Shown here: positions 1 through 12,600 of the stretch, piece after piece
How the letters are laid out: each line of letters begins with the position of its first letter
Numbering within the stretch: the first letter of the stretch is position 1
Source: Octopus sinensis
Taxonomy: Eukaryota
NCBI RefSeq assembly: GCF_006345805.1
Contig: NC_043006.1
Span: 25,296,001 to 25,360,000, forward strand
Direction of reading: 5' to 3'
Length of the DNA stretch: 64,000 nucleotides
Program-made: the position numbers and the translations under genes
The notes under the pieces: generated by a model
What the model was told of the DNA's origin: nothing
Seen by the model: the letters and a program-made list of their open reading frames with translations, nothing else
Database searches by the model: none

Positions 1-386
1 GCATCTATTTAGATGTATACTATCTATTATAATTTGCCCACACATTGTAAACTAGCCTTGAGTGACTCAAAAATTAATTACCAAAAATGGGACTTAGACT
101 TTGTAAGCCCAAGTGAATTATCAGTATCAAGTTTAGTCATTCACAGTTCTGTTGAACATTATTTTATCTTATATTTGCTCTTTGCCAGCCCAAACCAGTT
201 AAGCTGCAATAAGTGTCTCTATACATAACAATTTATTGTTATTTAAGCCAGATCTTAACAGAGCTTTCGAGTAATACTCTGTTCATCAAACAATGGCATA
301 ATCACATTAAAAGATAATTCACATAACCATCCATTTGAATGAAGTTCTGAACAAACCTGACATTTTTTTTTTCTTTTCTTTTCCAG

Positions 387-504
387 CCGGTGCTCACAAT
401 GTCAATGTAATATCAGTGGACTGGTCCCTTTTGAATATTACAATTTCAGATTCTGTACACCAAAATGCCTTAAGGATCACCGTTTGAAATCAAAGACCAG
501 CTGA
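387..504 (+). CDS. ANKZF1: Last coding exon of ANKZF1/Vms1 homolog (C-terminal Vms1-associated treble-clef Zn finger)
   Basis: Polypyrimidine tract and CAG acceptor (AG 385-386). After one split-codon base, 388-504 reads RCSQCQCNISGLVPFEYYNFRFCTPKCLKDHRLKSKTS*, which aligns by eye with the human ANKZF1 C-terminus as I recall it ([31 protein letters not shown]). Stop TGA 502-504. Too short for the ORF track. Confidence 0.88.
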
Positions 505-613
505 TTGCAGCTTTAATGGAGAGAAAAAAAATTCTGCTTCTGGTTTTTGAGTCCATAAATGATAACCACTTAAATCTTAGTTTTAAAAAAATAGATAAAA
601 TACTTCTGAACTG

Positions 614-619
614 AATAAA
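614..619 (+). promoter_or_regulatory. Candidate polyadenylation signal for ANKZF1
   Basis: First AATAAA about 110 nt after the stop codon. The background is AT-rich, so this is weak evidence. Confidence 0.4.
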
Positions 620-867
620 TCGTAAATTTGGAACAATTGAAATATGGTGAAAATGTATTAAAAACCTGACATTAGCGTTCTCAAGACCTATGCATCATAT
701 CTGAAAATTGTTCATCTTTGTTATTTCAGTGTTATAAAATCCTTGACAGTAGTTCATAATTACAATTTTCTATACAAATTATGACTTGCTGATCAATATC
801 AAGATAAAATCTTGTAAAAAGTTTTGATTGTAATCTCTTAAAAGATTTTTTTAAAGTTTTGACTAGT

Positions 868-898
<31 letters not shown>

Positions 899-1246
899 TT
901 ATTGGAAAGTTTATAAAAATTTCAAATACAAGTATTTTTCTTACAGTGTTTATGACTGAAGACTAAATGCAAGAGTGGTTAGTTTTTATTCTAACTTTTA
1001 AACTAAGTTTTTTTCTGTCTTGAGTTTCTATTTTGTGTAAATGTCTCATTGATAGCAGATTAAATGGAGAGGCAAAACTTCTATTTGGTTTAATTTTAGT
1101 GCACAGAGATAAAGTTAACCAAAATAATGTCAATCTGACATCATGGCCTATGATTCATATCACATCATCAACGCTAGTTTCAGTAACTCACTTAGTTGTA
1201 TATAATCACCATGTTAAAGTATAAACTCTTAATGCAGGTAGCTTAA

Positions 1247-1458
1247 CCTTTTAGTATTCAAATTACTCTATCAAATTACCTAATATATAGTTACATGATT
1301 GTGAATTACTCATGCTTGTTTTGTAGATTTGAGATTTCAATGATGGGATTCTTTACTTTAGGAATGACATTGCAGGATAGGTCTAAGAGGCCAGATCTGG
1401 CTAGTTTGAACATAAAACAGGGAGAATATTTAGGCTGGATAAGGCCAGTGTTAAAGTG
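1247..1458. mobile_element. Degenerate TTAA-flanked piggyBac-type MITE
   Basis: TTAA at 1243-1246 and 1459-1462. The right half is the reverse complement of the left part of the MITE at 53331-53551. Confidence 0.6.
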
Positions 1459-1664
1459 TTAAGCTCTATAATGAAAGGGATTCTGAAATTGATAGAACAC
1501 TTTTAACAGCATAGTTGGTTAAAAAGATATATGTCTTTATAAAAGAATAAATATTGAGGTAGACACATTACCAGAATTGCTTTGGTAATGCAATAACTTT
1601 AAATTCTGTCTGACCAATTTTGCTTTCCATAAATATGAAAAGCAAAGTCAGCCCTAACTTTGTT

Positions 1665-1781
1665 GTACCAACCACATGGTTCCGGGTTCAGTCCCACTGC
1701 GTGGCATCTTGGGCAAATATCTTCTGCTATAGCCCCAGGCCGACCAATGCCTTGTGAGTGGATTCTTCTGCATTTGCCTTT
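1665..1781 (+). mobile_element. 5' part of the dominant tRNA-derived SINE (family A)
   Basis: CAACCACATGGTTCCGGGTTCAGTCCCACTGCGTGGC...GCCTTGTGAGTGGAT matches the head of full copies at 37249 and 38045. Confidence 0.85.
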
Positions 1782-1784
1782 CCA

Positions 1785-2400
1785 GAAATATAGTATTAGT
1801 GGTGCCTTTCCCTGGCACAAAACCAAACTCCATCTCATCTAGACTACCTCTCTCCCTAATTAGTCGAACTATGACTCTCTCTGCAAGTTTCATCACCTGA
1901 TTCAACAGTTTGATACCTCTGTAATCATTTCTATCTAAAGCATCATCTTTTCCTCTGTAGCAGTTGACTATGGTACTGCTACATCAGTCATTGGGTATGA
2001 CTCCTTCGTAAAGGATTTACAGTATGGGTGACTACACCATAAAAGATATTTTAAGCATCTCAGTGATGATTCCTGATAGGCCGTGGTCTTTCCCTGTCTT
2101 CATATCCTTAATTACTTTATCTACCAAAGTACTGTCAATTTTGGTAGCTGATCTCTGTCAACATTTAGCAGACTTTCCTTCTCCCATTCATTCTCCATAT
2201 TCAGCAGTCTTTAATAATGGCATTTCTAAGCCTCTTTGCAGAATCATTAAATGCAAGTGCACCATCATCCATGCGGACACATTTCTCTCCCATGACATCA
2301 CAATTTTCACACACACACTGTCTTGCAATCTGAAATACTTCAGTTCTTTGGTCCTCATGGAGTAAACAGCTGATTTTGCCATTACTAAAAGCAAAGAATC
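1785..2400 (-). mobile_element. RTE-clade LINE fragment (pre-RT linker and RT start)
   Basis: Minus-strand peptides HEDQRTEVFQIARQC and LDEMEFGFVPGKGTT, homologous to the + strand RTE pieces at 13388 and about 59820. Confidence 0.85.
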
Positions 2401-2769
2401 AATTATCAATTATTATTGAGAACCAAACCAGCAAAGAGATCAACAAAAAATTTTTCTTCTTTCTCTCCCTTTTCTTCCTTTCCTTCTTTTTCTTTAACAC
2501 TCTTTCAGATACAAAAACACACATACATGCACACACACACACACATGCTCTCTCTCACTTTCTCCCCATTCATCGTCCTCTTGTACTATCTTATATCTCA
2601 CCCCTCCACTACACACTCAATAATACAATAAAAAGAGTCAAAATTCCTGCAAAAACTTAGATCAATTTGAAGACTCCACTAGAATGGACGAAAGCGCTAA
2701 TATATGATATATAATGTATAAAAACATGTAACATACTAATAAATATCTGTAAATATAAAACCATCCGGA

Positions 2770-3037
2770 TTTCTGAGTACCTCCACGTTCCGTGCCAGTG
2801 GCACGTAAAAGGCACCAATTCGATCATGGCCGTTGCCAGCCTCGCCTGGCACCTGTGCCGGTGGCACGTAAAAAGCACCCACTACACTCACGGAGTGGTT
2901 GGCGTTAGGAAGGGCATCCAGCTGTAGAAACACTGCCAGATCAGACTGGAGCCTGGTGCAGCCTTCTGGCTTCCCAGATCCCCAGTCGAACCGTCCAACC
3001 CATGCTAGCATGGAGAACGGACGTTAAACGATGATGA
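2770..3037 (+). mobile_element. Retroposon 3' end with (GAT)n tail (RTE-type tail family)
   Basis: GGAAGGGCATCCAGCTGTAGAAA...CATGCTAGCATGGAGAACGGACGTTAAACGATGATGAT; many copies in the window. Confidence 0.85.
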
Positions 3038-3044
3038 TATATAT

Positions 3045-4160
3045 TATACCTTCGGGACCTTGGCATTGCTAGGAAGCTGGGAGAATGGCTGGATGACTTC
3101 CTTAAAAACAAAAGTCAGGAATTGCAGCCAATGGTGCCATTACTGAGGATACAGAAATCGTAAGTGGTGTCCCCCAGGGAACTGTTCTGGGGCCATTACT
3201 GTTCATAATAGCTCTCTTAGACATACCCACAGTCACTTAGACAGCAACTATCACTCGCTGTACTGATGACACAAAATTATCACAGGCAATAAAAAACCAA
3301 GAGGATATTACAAGCTTATAGCAGGACCTGAACTCAGTATACAAGTGGACCAAAATAAACGACATGCAGTTTAATGCTGGAAAATTTCAAGTACTGCAAT
3401 ATAAACTCAGTACAATGTACATTTACAGGACCTGAAGGCATTACAATCCCAGAGTCACAGACAGTGAAAGACTTGGAGATCAGTACGTGCAATGATGCAT
3501 CATTTCATATGCACATAAGCAAGATGGCAGCAAAATGCAGACAACTGGTAGGATGGATACTGAGGTCCTTCAAGACAAGAGACCAAGAATGTATGTTGAC
3601 CCTGTGGAGAACCTTTGTTCTTGGCCACCTTGAAACAGTGCACTGGATGAGTTATAGGGATAGGCTGAGAAAACTACAATTCTACTCCTTGGAGCAAAGG
3701 CATGACAGATACACAATAATATGCATATGGAAAATCCTAGAAGGTCTGGCACCTAATTTTGGCATTGAGTGTTATACAAATGCCAGAACTGGCCGCCATT
3801 GCATTGTACCAAAGGTACCGTCCACTCCATCTAAATTCGGGACTAGTTATTGCAATAGTCTAGGGTTCAAAGGCCCACAGCTTTTCAATGCCCAGCCACA
3901 AACATTAAGAAATTTCCATAAGGTGGAAGTAGATGTCTTCAAAAAGGAATTAGACATCCTCCTCTCCACAATGCCGGATGAACCAACAGCCCGACAGGGC
4001 TGCGGAATCAAACTCAATTATACATCAAATGTACCAACAGCTCGGTAAAAGGCACATAGAGGAGTGGTGATGTGAAACACCCAGACTGAGGAAGTCAGAA
4101 AGAACATGGTGGTGCTCCAACATGACCACAGCCACATGGCTGAAATGAGTAAAAGAGTAT
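3045..4160 (+). mobile_element. CR1/L2-group LINE 3' portion (RT C-terminus and 3' UTR), pseudogenised
   Basis: SGVPQGTVLGPLLF and xTDDTKL RT motifs near 3163-3280; ORF 3374-4048 continues the C-terminal region; the 3' end resembles the SINE A tail. Confidence 0.85.
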
Positions 4161-4214
4161 ATATATTATATACATAATATTTCTATATTATGTATATAAT
4201 ATATATATATATAA

Positions 4215-4415
4215 AACTCTTTTACTTGGAGCACTGCCTTTAGTCGAGCAAACCGACCCTAGGACTTATTCTTTGTAAGCCTAGTACTTATTCTATTGGT
4301 CTCTTTTGCCGAACCGTTAAGTTACGGGGATGTAAACACGCCAGCATTGGTTGTCAAGTGATGTTGGGGGGACAAACACAGACACACAAACATACACACA
4401 CACACATATACATAT
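4215..4415 (-). mobile_element. SINE family A, 3' half
   Basis: Reverse complement of the GTTTGTCCCCC...GGTGCTCCA...AAAAGAGT segment. Confidence 0.85.
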
Positions 4416-4612
4416 ATAATACAAATAAAAGGAGAAACAAATTTAGTTTGTTCATCAACTTTCAGATATTATAATGCTGGATTATTTATTCATTTAACAA
4501 AATGAGAACCTTAATAGCATACATATATACATTATAATTCAATACATATAAGATAAGAATACAAATTATAAAAGTCATAATATAAAATAAATAGTTGAAA
4601 TCATTAAAATCA

Positions 4613-4746
4613 CTTCTTACAGCTGTTTCAGCCTATGGCTAAAAGTAGTTAATTGTATATTTATTGCCTATAGGTGTCAACATACTTAGGTTGTAGGCAT
4701 TAAAAAATAGGGTACTTATATATATAACCATAGGCCTTGTGAGAGG
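4613..4746 (-). ncRNA. Degenerate type I hammerhead ribozyme-like motif (Penelope-type, long stem II)
   Basis: Minus strand: CCT-CTCACAA (decayed CTGAYGA core)-GGCCTATGGTT...85 nt...AGCCATAGGCT-GAAACAGCTGTA-AGAAG. Stem II is 11 bp (two G-U); stem III contains the palindrome ACAGCUGU. Confidence 0.5.
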
Positions 4747-4779
4747 TTATAAGGAACTTTAAAAATATCAATATTAATA

Positions 4780-5028
4780 CATTAAACATGATACACGTAT
4801 TATTTAATATATATAAAAAATATGAATGAATAGACATATACATATATACATACATAAGCAAAGTGTATATACTATTTACATGTATAAAATACATAAATAA
4901 ACACAATTCAACAATAGGTTCAAGTAGATATAAATACATCATATACATATATATATATACATACATTGGAACATATAAACACGTTTATGCTTATGAACAG
5001 ATAAATAATAATCAATTATTAATAATAG

Positions 5029-5061
<33 letters not shown>

Positions 5062-5154
5062 GTTTATCAATAATAACAATATTATGATATGTCTATGCTT
5101 ATGACCAGATAAATAACAATCAATTATTAATAAAAATACTGTTATTATTATCAA

Positions 5155-5187
<33 letters not shown>

Positions 5188-5260
5188 GTTTATCAATAAT
5201 AACAATATTATTATATTTATAGTAATCTTCACTAGACCATACATATTATAATAGATTCTA
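4780..5260. repeat. AT-rich low-complexity region: (TA)n, (AAT)n/(ATT)n, with an internal ~105-bp tandem duplication
   Basis: ATGCTTATGA-CAGATAAATAA-AATCAATTATTAATAA...TTATGTTTATCAATAATAACAATATTAT occurs twice between about 4988 and 5212. Confidence 0.8.
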
Positions 5261-5334
5261 ACATATCAAAAAATTACAATACAAGATTAAATATATCAAA
5301 GCATAAAAGCGAAATATTTTTGCATTGTATTGTT

Positions 5335-5880
5335 ACTCGTGATGAAATATGAACTCTTTTCAACAATAACAAGTATTCTGCATGGTGGTTGGTTAGAGAT
5401 GAAATGCCAAAACACAATCCAAAAGAGAATATTCACCAGAAAAAGATAATGGTGTCTGGTGGTCCAGTGCTGGTGTCATTCACAACAGCTTCGTGAGACC
5501 TGGTAGGTCAATTGCAGCAGACGTATATATCAACCAATTGGATGAAATGATGAGTGAACTTGCAACTGAACAACAGAGATTGGTCAATAGAGAGAGGCCA
5601 ATTCTCTTGCTAGACAATGCTCAACCACATGCTGCACAAAGAACGCTACTCAGGTTATAGGAACTGAACTTGGACGTACTCTGTCATCCACCATATTCAC
5701 CAAAGCTTGTGCCAACTGACTATTACATTTTCCTGGCATTAGACAACTTTTTGCAAGGAAAAAACTTCAAATCTGAAGAAGATGCAAAAACAGCCTTTCA
5801 TAATTCTTTGCTGCTGGCATAAATAAACTACCAATAAAATGGCAAAATTGTGTTGATAATTTAGGTGCATACTTTGATTA
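5335..5880 (+). mobile_element. Mariner transposase relic (catalytic domain)
   Basis: Broken frames give LLDNAQPH, HPPYSPKLVPTDYYIF and GINKLPIKWQNCVDNLGAYFD, which are mariner DD34D-domain motifs. Confidence 0.9.
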
Positions 5881-6939
5881 GTTCAAAATTGGACATTTCA
5901 TTCTTAATGACCGTATAAATTTGTTATGGTTCCCAGCATTGTAAACTTATCTAGCACCATGGTGAAGAAAGAATTATAAGGCTACAAACTCTGTTTTATC
6001 TTATTAATAAAGAAAGAGGCTTCAAAAAGATTCACTTGGAATGGGATAGAAATGGGGCCAGTATTTGTCCACTAGAAAACTACTGTTTTAGATGAAAGAC
6101 TGATACCTATCACTAGACACTGCCTCAATTTATCTAAGTGTATAAAATTCTGTCTGAACAAAATAGAAGCACAAATTATCATGGCTTTGCTTCAGAAAAT
6201 CTACTTTAGCAAAAATATCAGTACAGTACAAACCATCAGCACCACAAAATTATATAGAGAAGTGTTATTAGATATTGCAGCAGTCATGTTGCAAACCTCC
6301 CTATGTTATCCAAATTATTAAATACCAGAATATATTTTGGTACCTGTGACATGAAAATATTAATGTGATAAGACACATAGCTGCTGTTTTGGTGACTGAA
6401 ACTAGTAAAAAGAGAAGTTACTAGAACAATATTATTAAAGAATTTTTAAATTGCCTTAAGAACTCAGACAAATAATTCATTAATTGTGAGAACAGAAGCT
6501 CACATATGTTATTTTTTGGTAGCAAAGTGTAGTAGTTGCTCTACAACTCAGTAAAGTTTAGAGGGATGCACAGAACTAAGAGAAAATGAATGAACCCTAT
6601 ATCAACTACTTTTAATTCTTAAAGTATTTAGTTGAGTCTCAACAAAAGAAATAGTCAAAACATAATAATCTGTCAACTGTGGTGTATTCAGTGAACCTTA
6701 CCTAAATGAACTAAAACAAGAGAAACTAATTCCTTCATGTTTATACCAGTAAGTGAAATTATTTGATAAAGATAGTTTGTATCTCACTAATAAATTGGTC
6801 AATTTCTCTAAAGGTAGCAGTTTATCATGTTTAATTACTTGTCTAAAGTAGGCAATTGGCATGTTGTTTAATTCTGGTGTACTAATGTTTTAGATAATCC
6901 TACACTTGTACTGCTACTTTATCGATGTGGTCGTTGCTA

Positions 6940-7149
6940 TTAGTGACTATTGCAGCCACTTATCAATGTTGAGGTAGTCACGAAATTGGTGGTTTCTGTC
7001 ATTACTGTAGTTTGAGAGACAATGAAGATTGGTACTGCATTTATTGTTGATCCGACATTAGTGGTAGTAGTGAATTTTACTACGGTTGTTGTCCTCCATG
7101 TAAAAGTAAATCTCCATGCCAAAACTGTACCAAACATACAACAAACTGC
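6940..7149 (-). other. Possible terminal exon encoding a Thr-rich (mucin-like) peptide; unassigned
   Basis: Minus-strand pyrimidine tract and TTAG acceptor (7151-7150), then a 69-codon Thr/Ser/Val-rich open frame ending TAA TAG. Non-repetitive; no partner exons found. Confidence 0.25.
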
Positions 7150-7697
7150 CTAAGCAATAAATAACAGAGTAGAATGAATAATTCAGAGCGAAAGTATTTT
7201 ATCTTGGTAACCAGGCTATTTTTATAATTTTTTTTTTTAATCTGCTTTTAGATGTTGAGATAGTTGAGGAAGTTTGTGACAGCATTGTTGTCAGTATAAA
7301 TAGAGCATGGTTGGTTTTAGAAGTTTAAGAAAACATGAAATATGCACTGGCAGAGTTGCTACGCTACTGGACCAAATCTTATACCCAGCCATTAAGCAGG
7401 GCTATTTGATTGCAAGCAGCCAATTAAATGAAGCATTAAACTGATATTTCTTGCTGTGATCATTTTACTGTTATGTGGAATATGGTATCTCAAGATATAT
7501 GATATAAAACAACAGTAGAAAGTTTGTTGAAAGACACATGTGAACTATATGTTGTACTCTGCTCAGTAATACTATCAATATTTGTGGAAAATGTGTTAGG
7601 GCAAAAAATAAGCTTTTAGTGAGCTGAATCCAAAAATTTTCAATTTTTATTGAAGCCAGTTTGATTTGATGTTGCCCATGCCACTGAAGATGTGTCA

Positions 7698-8116
7698 ACT
7701 CTTTTACTTGTTTCAGTCATTTGACTGCAGCCATGCTGGAGCACCGCCTTTAGTCAAGGAAGTGGACCCCATGACTTATTCTTTGTATGAGTAGTACTTA
7801 CTCTATGAGTCTCTTTTTGCCGAACTGCTAAGTTACAGGGACGTAAACACACCAGCATCGGTTGTCAAGCAATGTTGAGGGGGACAAACACAGACACACT
7901 AACACACACACATATACATACATATATATATATATACAATGGGCTTTCAGTTTCCGTCTACCAAATTCACTCACAAGGCTTTGGTCGGCCCGAGGCTATA
8001 GTCAAAGACACTTGCCCAAGGTGCCACGCAGTGGGACTGAACTCGGAACTATGTGGTTGGTAAGCAAGCTACTTACCACACAGCCACTCCTGCACCTCAA
8101 TAAAACTCATCTTTAT
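7698..8116 (-). mobile_element. Full-length SINE family A
   Basis: Complete head, internal (TA)/(TG) microsatellite and tail on the minus strand. Confidence 0.9.
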
Positions 8117-8330
8117 AAATTTTTGGCCTTGTGGTACAGTTGGGAATGTTAGAGAGCCACAAATAAGAGATTTTTTGTTGTCCTACAAGGCATGTATAAA
8201 CTGTGCATATTCCATCACAAACACTACTGTGTCAATTGCTAAACATTCATTTGGCCCAGTCTGTCTTACTATAAATACGTTGCTGTTTCATCAAGGATTA
8301 GCTGATTGAGTAAACATCTTCAAAGCATTT

Positions 8331-8400
8331 GTAGTTCTAGACTCTCCCCAAAAAAGACCTTCCTCTTTTAAAAAATTTTTTTTGGAGAGTCTAGAACTAC
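8331..8400. repeat. Short perfect inverted repeat (17-bp arms)
   Basis: GTAGTTCTAGACTCTCC (8331-8347) and GGAGAGTCTAGAACTAC (8384-8400). Confidence 0.85.
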
Positions 8401-9296
8401 ATTATCTAATATGTCCCTCTCTTGTTTAAGATGATGGGGAGATTTGGTTGCTATTTTTTGCTGGTCTATTGACAATGGAGAGACTTCTGAATTGTTTCCT
8501 GTACTTAGGTACTATTTAGAGGTACGGTATTGATCTTCTTACCTGCTCTTCCCAAAAACACTAGCAAAAGGTTAGTTTTTTTCTATCTTTTAGTCAGGAG
8601 GGAAGGCAGTGTGCGTGACCAGTTATAAGGTTACCAAGTCTGGTGAGAGGTGGGGTGGAAGTCATTGTCAGACCAGAAACCTGACCTAAAGATACCCAAA
8701 ATGCCAGGTGGTGGTGTTAATTCAAGTGATGGGTTAAGTCTATCGCCTAAGCAAGCTATGGTTAGATTTGAGTTCAGAACAAGAAGAACCAAAGTAAATA
8801 CTGCAAGGCATCCAGTCCAATGTTCTTACACTTCTACTAATCCACCATCTTGGACTGGTACTTTTTATTGACTTTGAAAGAGCGAAATACCAAGCTGAAC
8901 TCAAGAGTGCAGAGTCAAAACATATTCTGTCAAACACTAATGACTCTGTCAATTTGCTACTGAGTTCTTTAGTTTGTTTTAACCACTACAGCCATGGCAT
9001 TGCTGGAGTATTGCATTCTACAGTTCCTTCCTCAGAAGAGAAATCTGAAATAAACCCCATTTTTCACTCTGTTGTATAGATGTCCCTTAGAAATAGGAAA
9101 TCTGTAAAGAAAAATTTTGTTCAAATTAGATTTCATCAGTCCTATACCAACCCACCATTTTACATCAATATGTTTCTGACATAGCCTTTTGTATTTACTT
9201 GAAAAGTCATGTTATCACTTTAAATGTGTCAGTGATGGTGACACTGGCATCAAGCAACTGTATTATTGCTGGTTAATCCCCTGTAGACCAGTACCA

Positions 9297-9603
9297 AGAG
9301 GAGGCACGTGGCCTAGTGGTTAGAGCAGTGAACTCGCGGTCAAAATATCGCGAGTTCGAATCTCAGACTGGACGATGTGGGTGTTTATGAGCGAAACACC
9401 TAAGCTCCACGCGGCTCTGGCAGAAGGTAATGGCGAAACTTCTGCTGACTCTTCCGCCACAACTTTCTCTCACTCTATCCTCCTGCATCATGCAGCTCAC
9501 CTGCGATGGACTGGCGTCCCGTCCAGGTGGAGAACCTATACGCCAAGAAACCGGGAAACTGGCCCTTATGAGCCAGGCATGGCTCGAGAAGGAACAAACA
9601 ACA
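9297..9603 (+). mobile_element. tRNA-derived SINE with a Meta-like central domain (family B), probably young
   Basis: A box TGGCCTAGTGG (9309-9319), B box GAGTTCGAATC (9352-9362), CCTGCGATGGACTGGCGTCCCGTCCAGG...GAAACCGGGA domain, (ACA)n tail, 12-bp TSD AGACCAGTACCA (9285-9296 and 9604-9615), CpGs retained. Confidence 0.85.
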
Positions 9604-10949
9604 AGACCAGTACCAGATCGGCTACCAAGAGAAATTAATGCTAACCATCAACAGTGATTATTGTTACTTTTATATTGATACAATTCAACTTTTACAGTCA
9701 GTCAGCTCTCTAAACTGTAACACATAAACTTGGATATATCACTATGGTTAAAGTTTGAAAATTGTCTTAACTTAAGGTAACAAATTCAATGTCAGACAAG
9801 ATACAAAGAATTGCTTTCACATTTTTACATGAAGAACAAGGGTTTCAGGGTGAGGAGGGGGATGCAGCAGCCAGCACATGTGGTGGGGAGATGAGAGATG
9901 GAATGCTATGAATAAGAAAAGGTAAAAGTAGGTAGAAGAAAGATGAAGGCAGCAGATTGTAGGCTTGACAGAATATGAAAAATACTGCAGCCACTTGCCA
10001 TAAGTGGTTAGATCTTTTGTCACACTGCATATTGATCCTTCACTATCTCCATATGATATAGCAACAAAATACATGCGCTGATTGTATTTTACTTCTATTT
10101 TATTATTTATTTAGATCATTAGTTAGTTAACTGATTAACTGGTTTATCAAAGTTCTGTTATCACATACGACTTGTGACCTTCTTGATGACACCATACCTC
10201 TCACATCTCCCACTGTCTCAGGATGCACTCCATGCTTAGTGTTAGTTTCTTAGATTCTCATCTTATCCCAACAAATATATTTCAATTTTATTCCAATCAT
10301 GATATGTTATTTCTTTATATTAAAGCTCTTAAAAAGATTTATCAAGAAGAGGACAGTCCATCTAGTTAAGACAACCATTAAATTTTTGTCATTTTGCATT
10401 AAATGTTTCACTTGATTCACAGTAATGAGGCATTTCACATTTTTCATAAATATCTTTTGTATTAAAAAAAACATTTGTACATGGTGTATAAATATAGTTT
10501 AAATGACTTGATAAAACAGAGTACCTCAAGCAGTAATAAACATACAAATATAGGTCAGAGGTGATGTACTAAATATCTTTGTATATTTTCTATAAAAGAA
10601 TATTTGTTGGTATGTTTAACTTCTTTTTAAATCTTTTGAAATAGTTTTGTTGTTATTGGAAGTTATTTAACCACCCTTCTATATGTATGGTGTGTCTTAT
10701 ATTTCTTGTCAAAATGTCAAATGTAATAAACCACTACAGACCCACATTAAACTCCTAGTATCACTATCAAACCAAGAGTTTAACTACAGTTTGTCCATAG
10801 CACTTACTTAGCATTACCTGCCACTCTTTGGATCTTCTAGATACCAATATCTTTTATACTCTCACTTCCTCACTAATACAAGCACTTATTACAGGTAATG
10901 TTTTCATAATGGATAAACAATTCCTTGGCATCTCTCTTAAGCACCCCAA

Positions 10950-12045
<1,096 letters not shown>

Positions 12046-12184
12046 ATAACCACACAGCATATATCCACAAAACCCCTTAGGTAATCCCCAGCAACCCTAC
12101 TTAACTTTCCTTTATCTCCATTTTAAATTTTAATCTTTACTTTTTTAACCCCCTTATCTTTCATTAAGGATCTCAATCATTTAA

Positions 12185-12281
12185 TACTATATATGGACTT
12201 ACAAACAGATACATGTGTGTGTATAAATGTGTGTGCCTGTATTTTTATGTATGTATGTATATGTATGTGGGTATATGTATG

Positions 12282-12316
<35 letters not shown>

Positions 12317-12600
12317 ATGTATATGTATGTGCATATATATATATACAAATATATATGAGTGTGTGTATGTGTATATATGTATACATGAGTACCTGTGTGC
12401 ATGTGACGGTGTAAGCTTGTGTGAGCCTGCACATATGTATGTGCATATGCATGTATATGTATATGTAATAGCATGCATATGCATGTATGAATACATTTAT
12501 GGATGCTTGAGTATGTATTTGTGTATGTATATGCATATGTATATATGTATATGTGTACATATGCATATGTGCACATGTATATGTACGTGTGTGCAGGCAT
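12185..12600. repeat. Compound (TG)/(TA)/(TATG) microsatellite tract
   Basis: Visible directly; it produces the spurious CVYI/HTY ORFs in the track. Confidence 0.95.

Noticed and set aside
245-295. Minus-strand TTGATGA-ACA-GAGT-ATT-ACTC-GAAAGCTC, hammerhead-like
   Set aside because: The first core base is U instead of C, three extra bases precede stem II, and no stem I pairing is available. Only worth revisiting with a family consensus.
389-487. Alternative frame GAHNVNVISVDWS resembling the pancreatic-lipase NVIxVDW motif
   Set aside because: The overlapping frame matches the ANKZF1 C-terminus over more than 30 residues with all metal ligands. The lipase-like frame stops after about 32 codons and has no other lipase motif.
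8590-9080. Less AT-rich segment with short ORFs on both strands (8650-8871 +, 8740-8952 -)
   Set aside because: No recognisable motif and no convincing splice-site pair.
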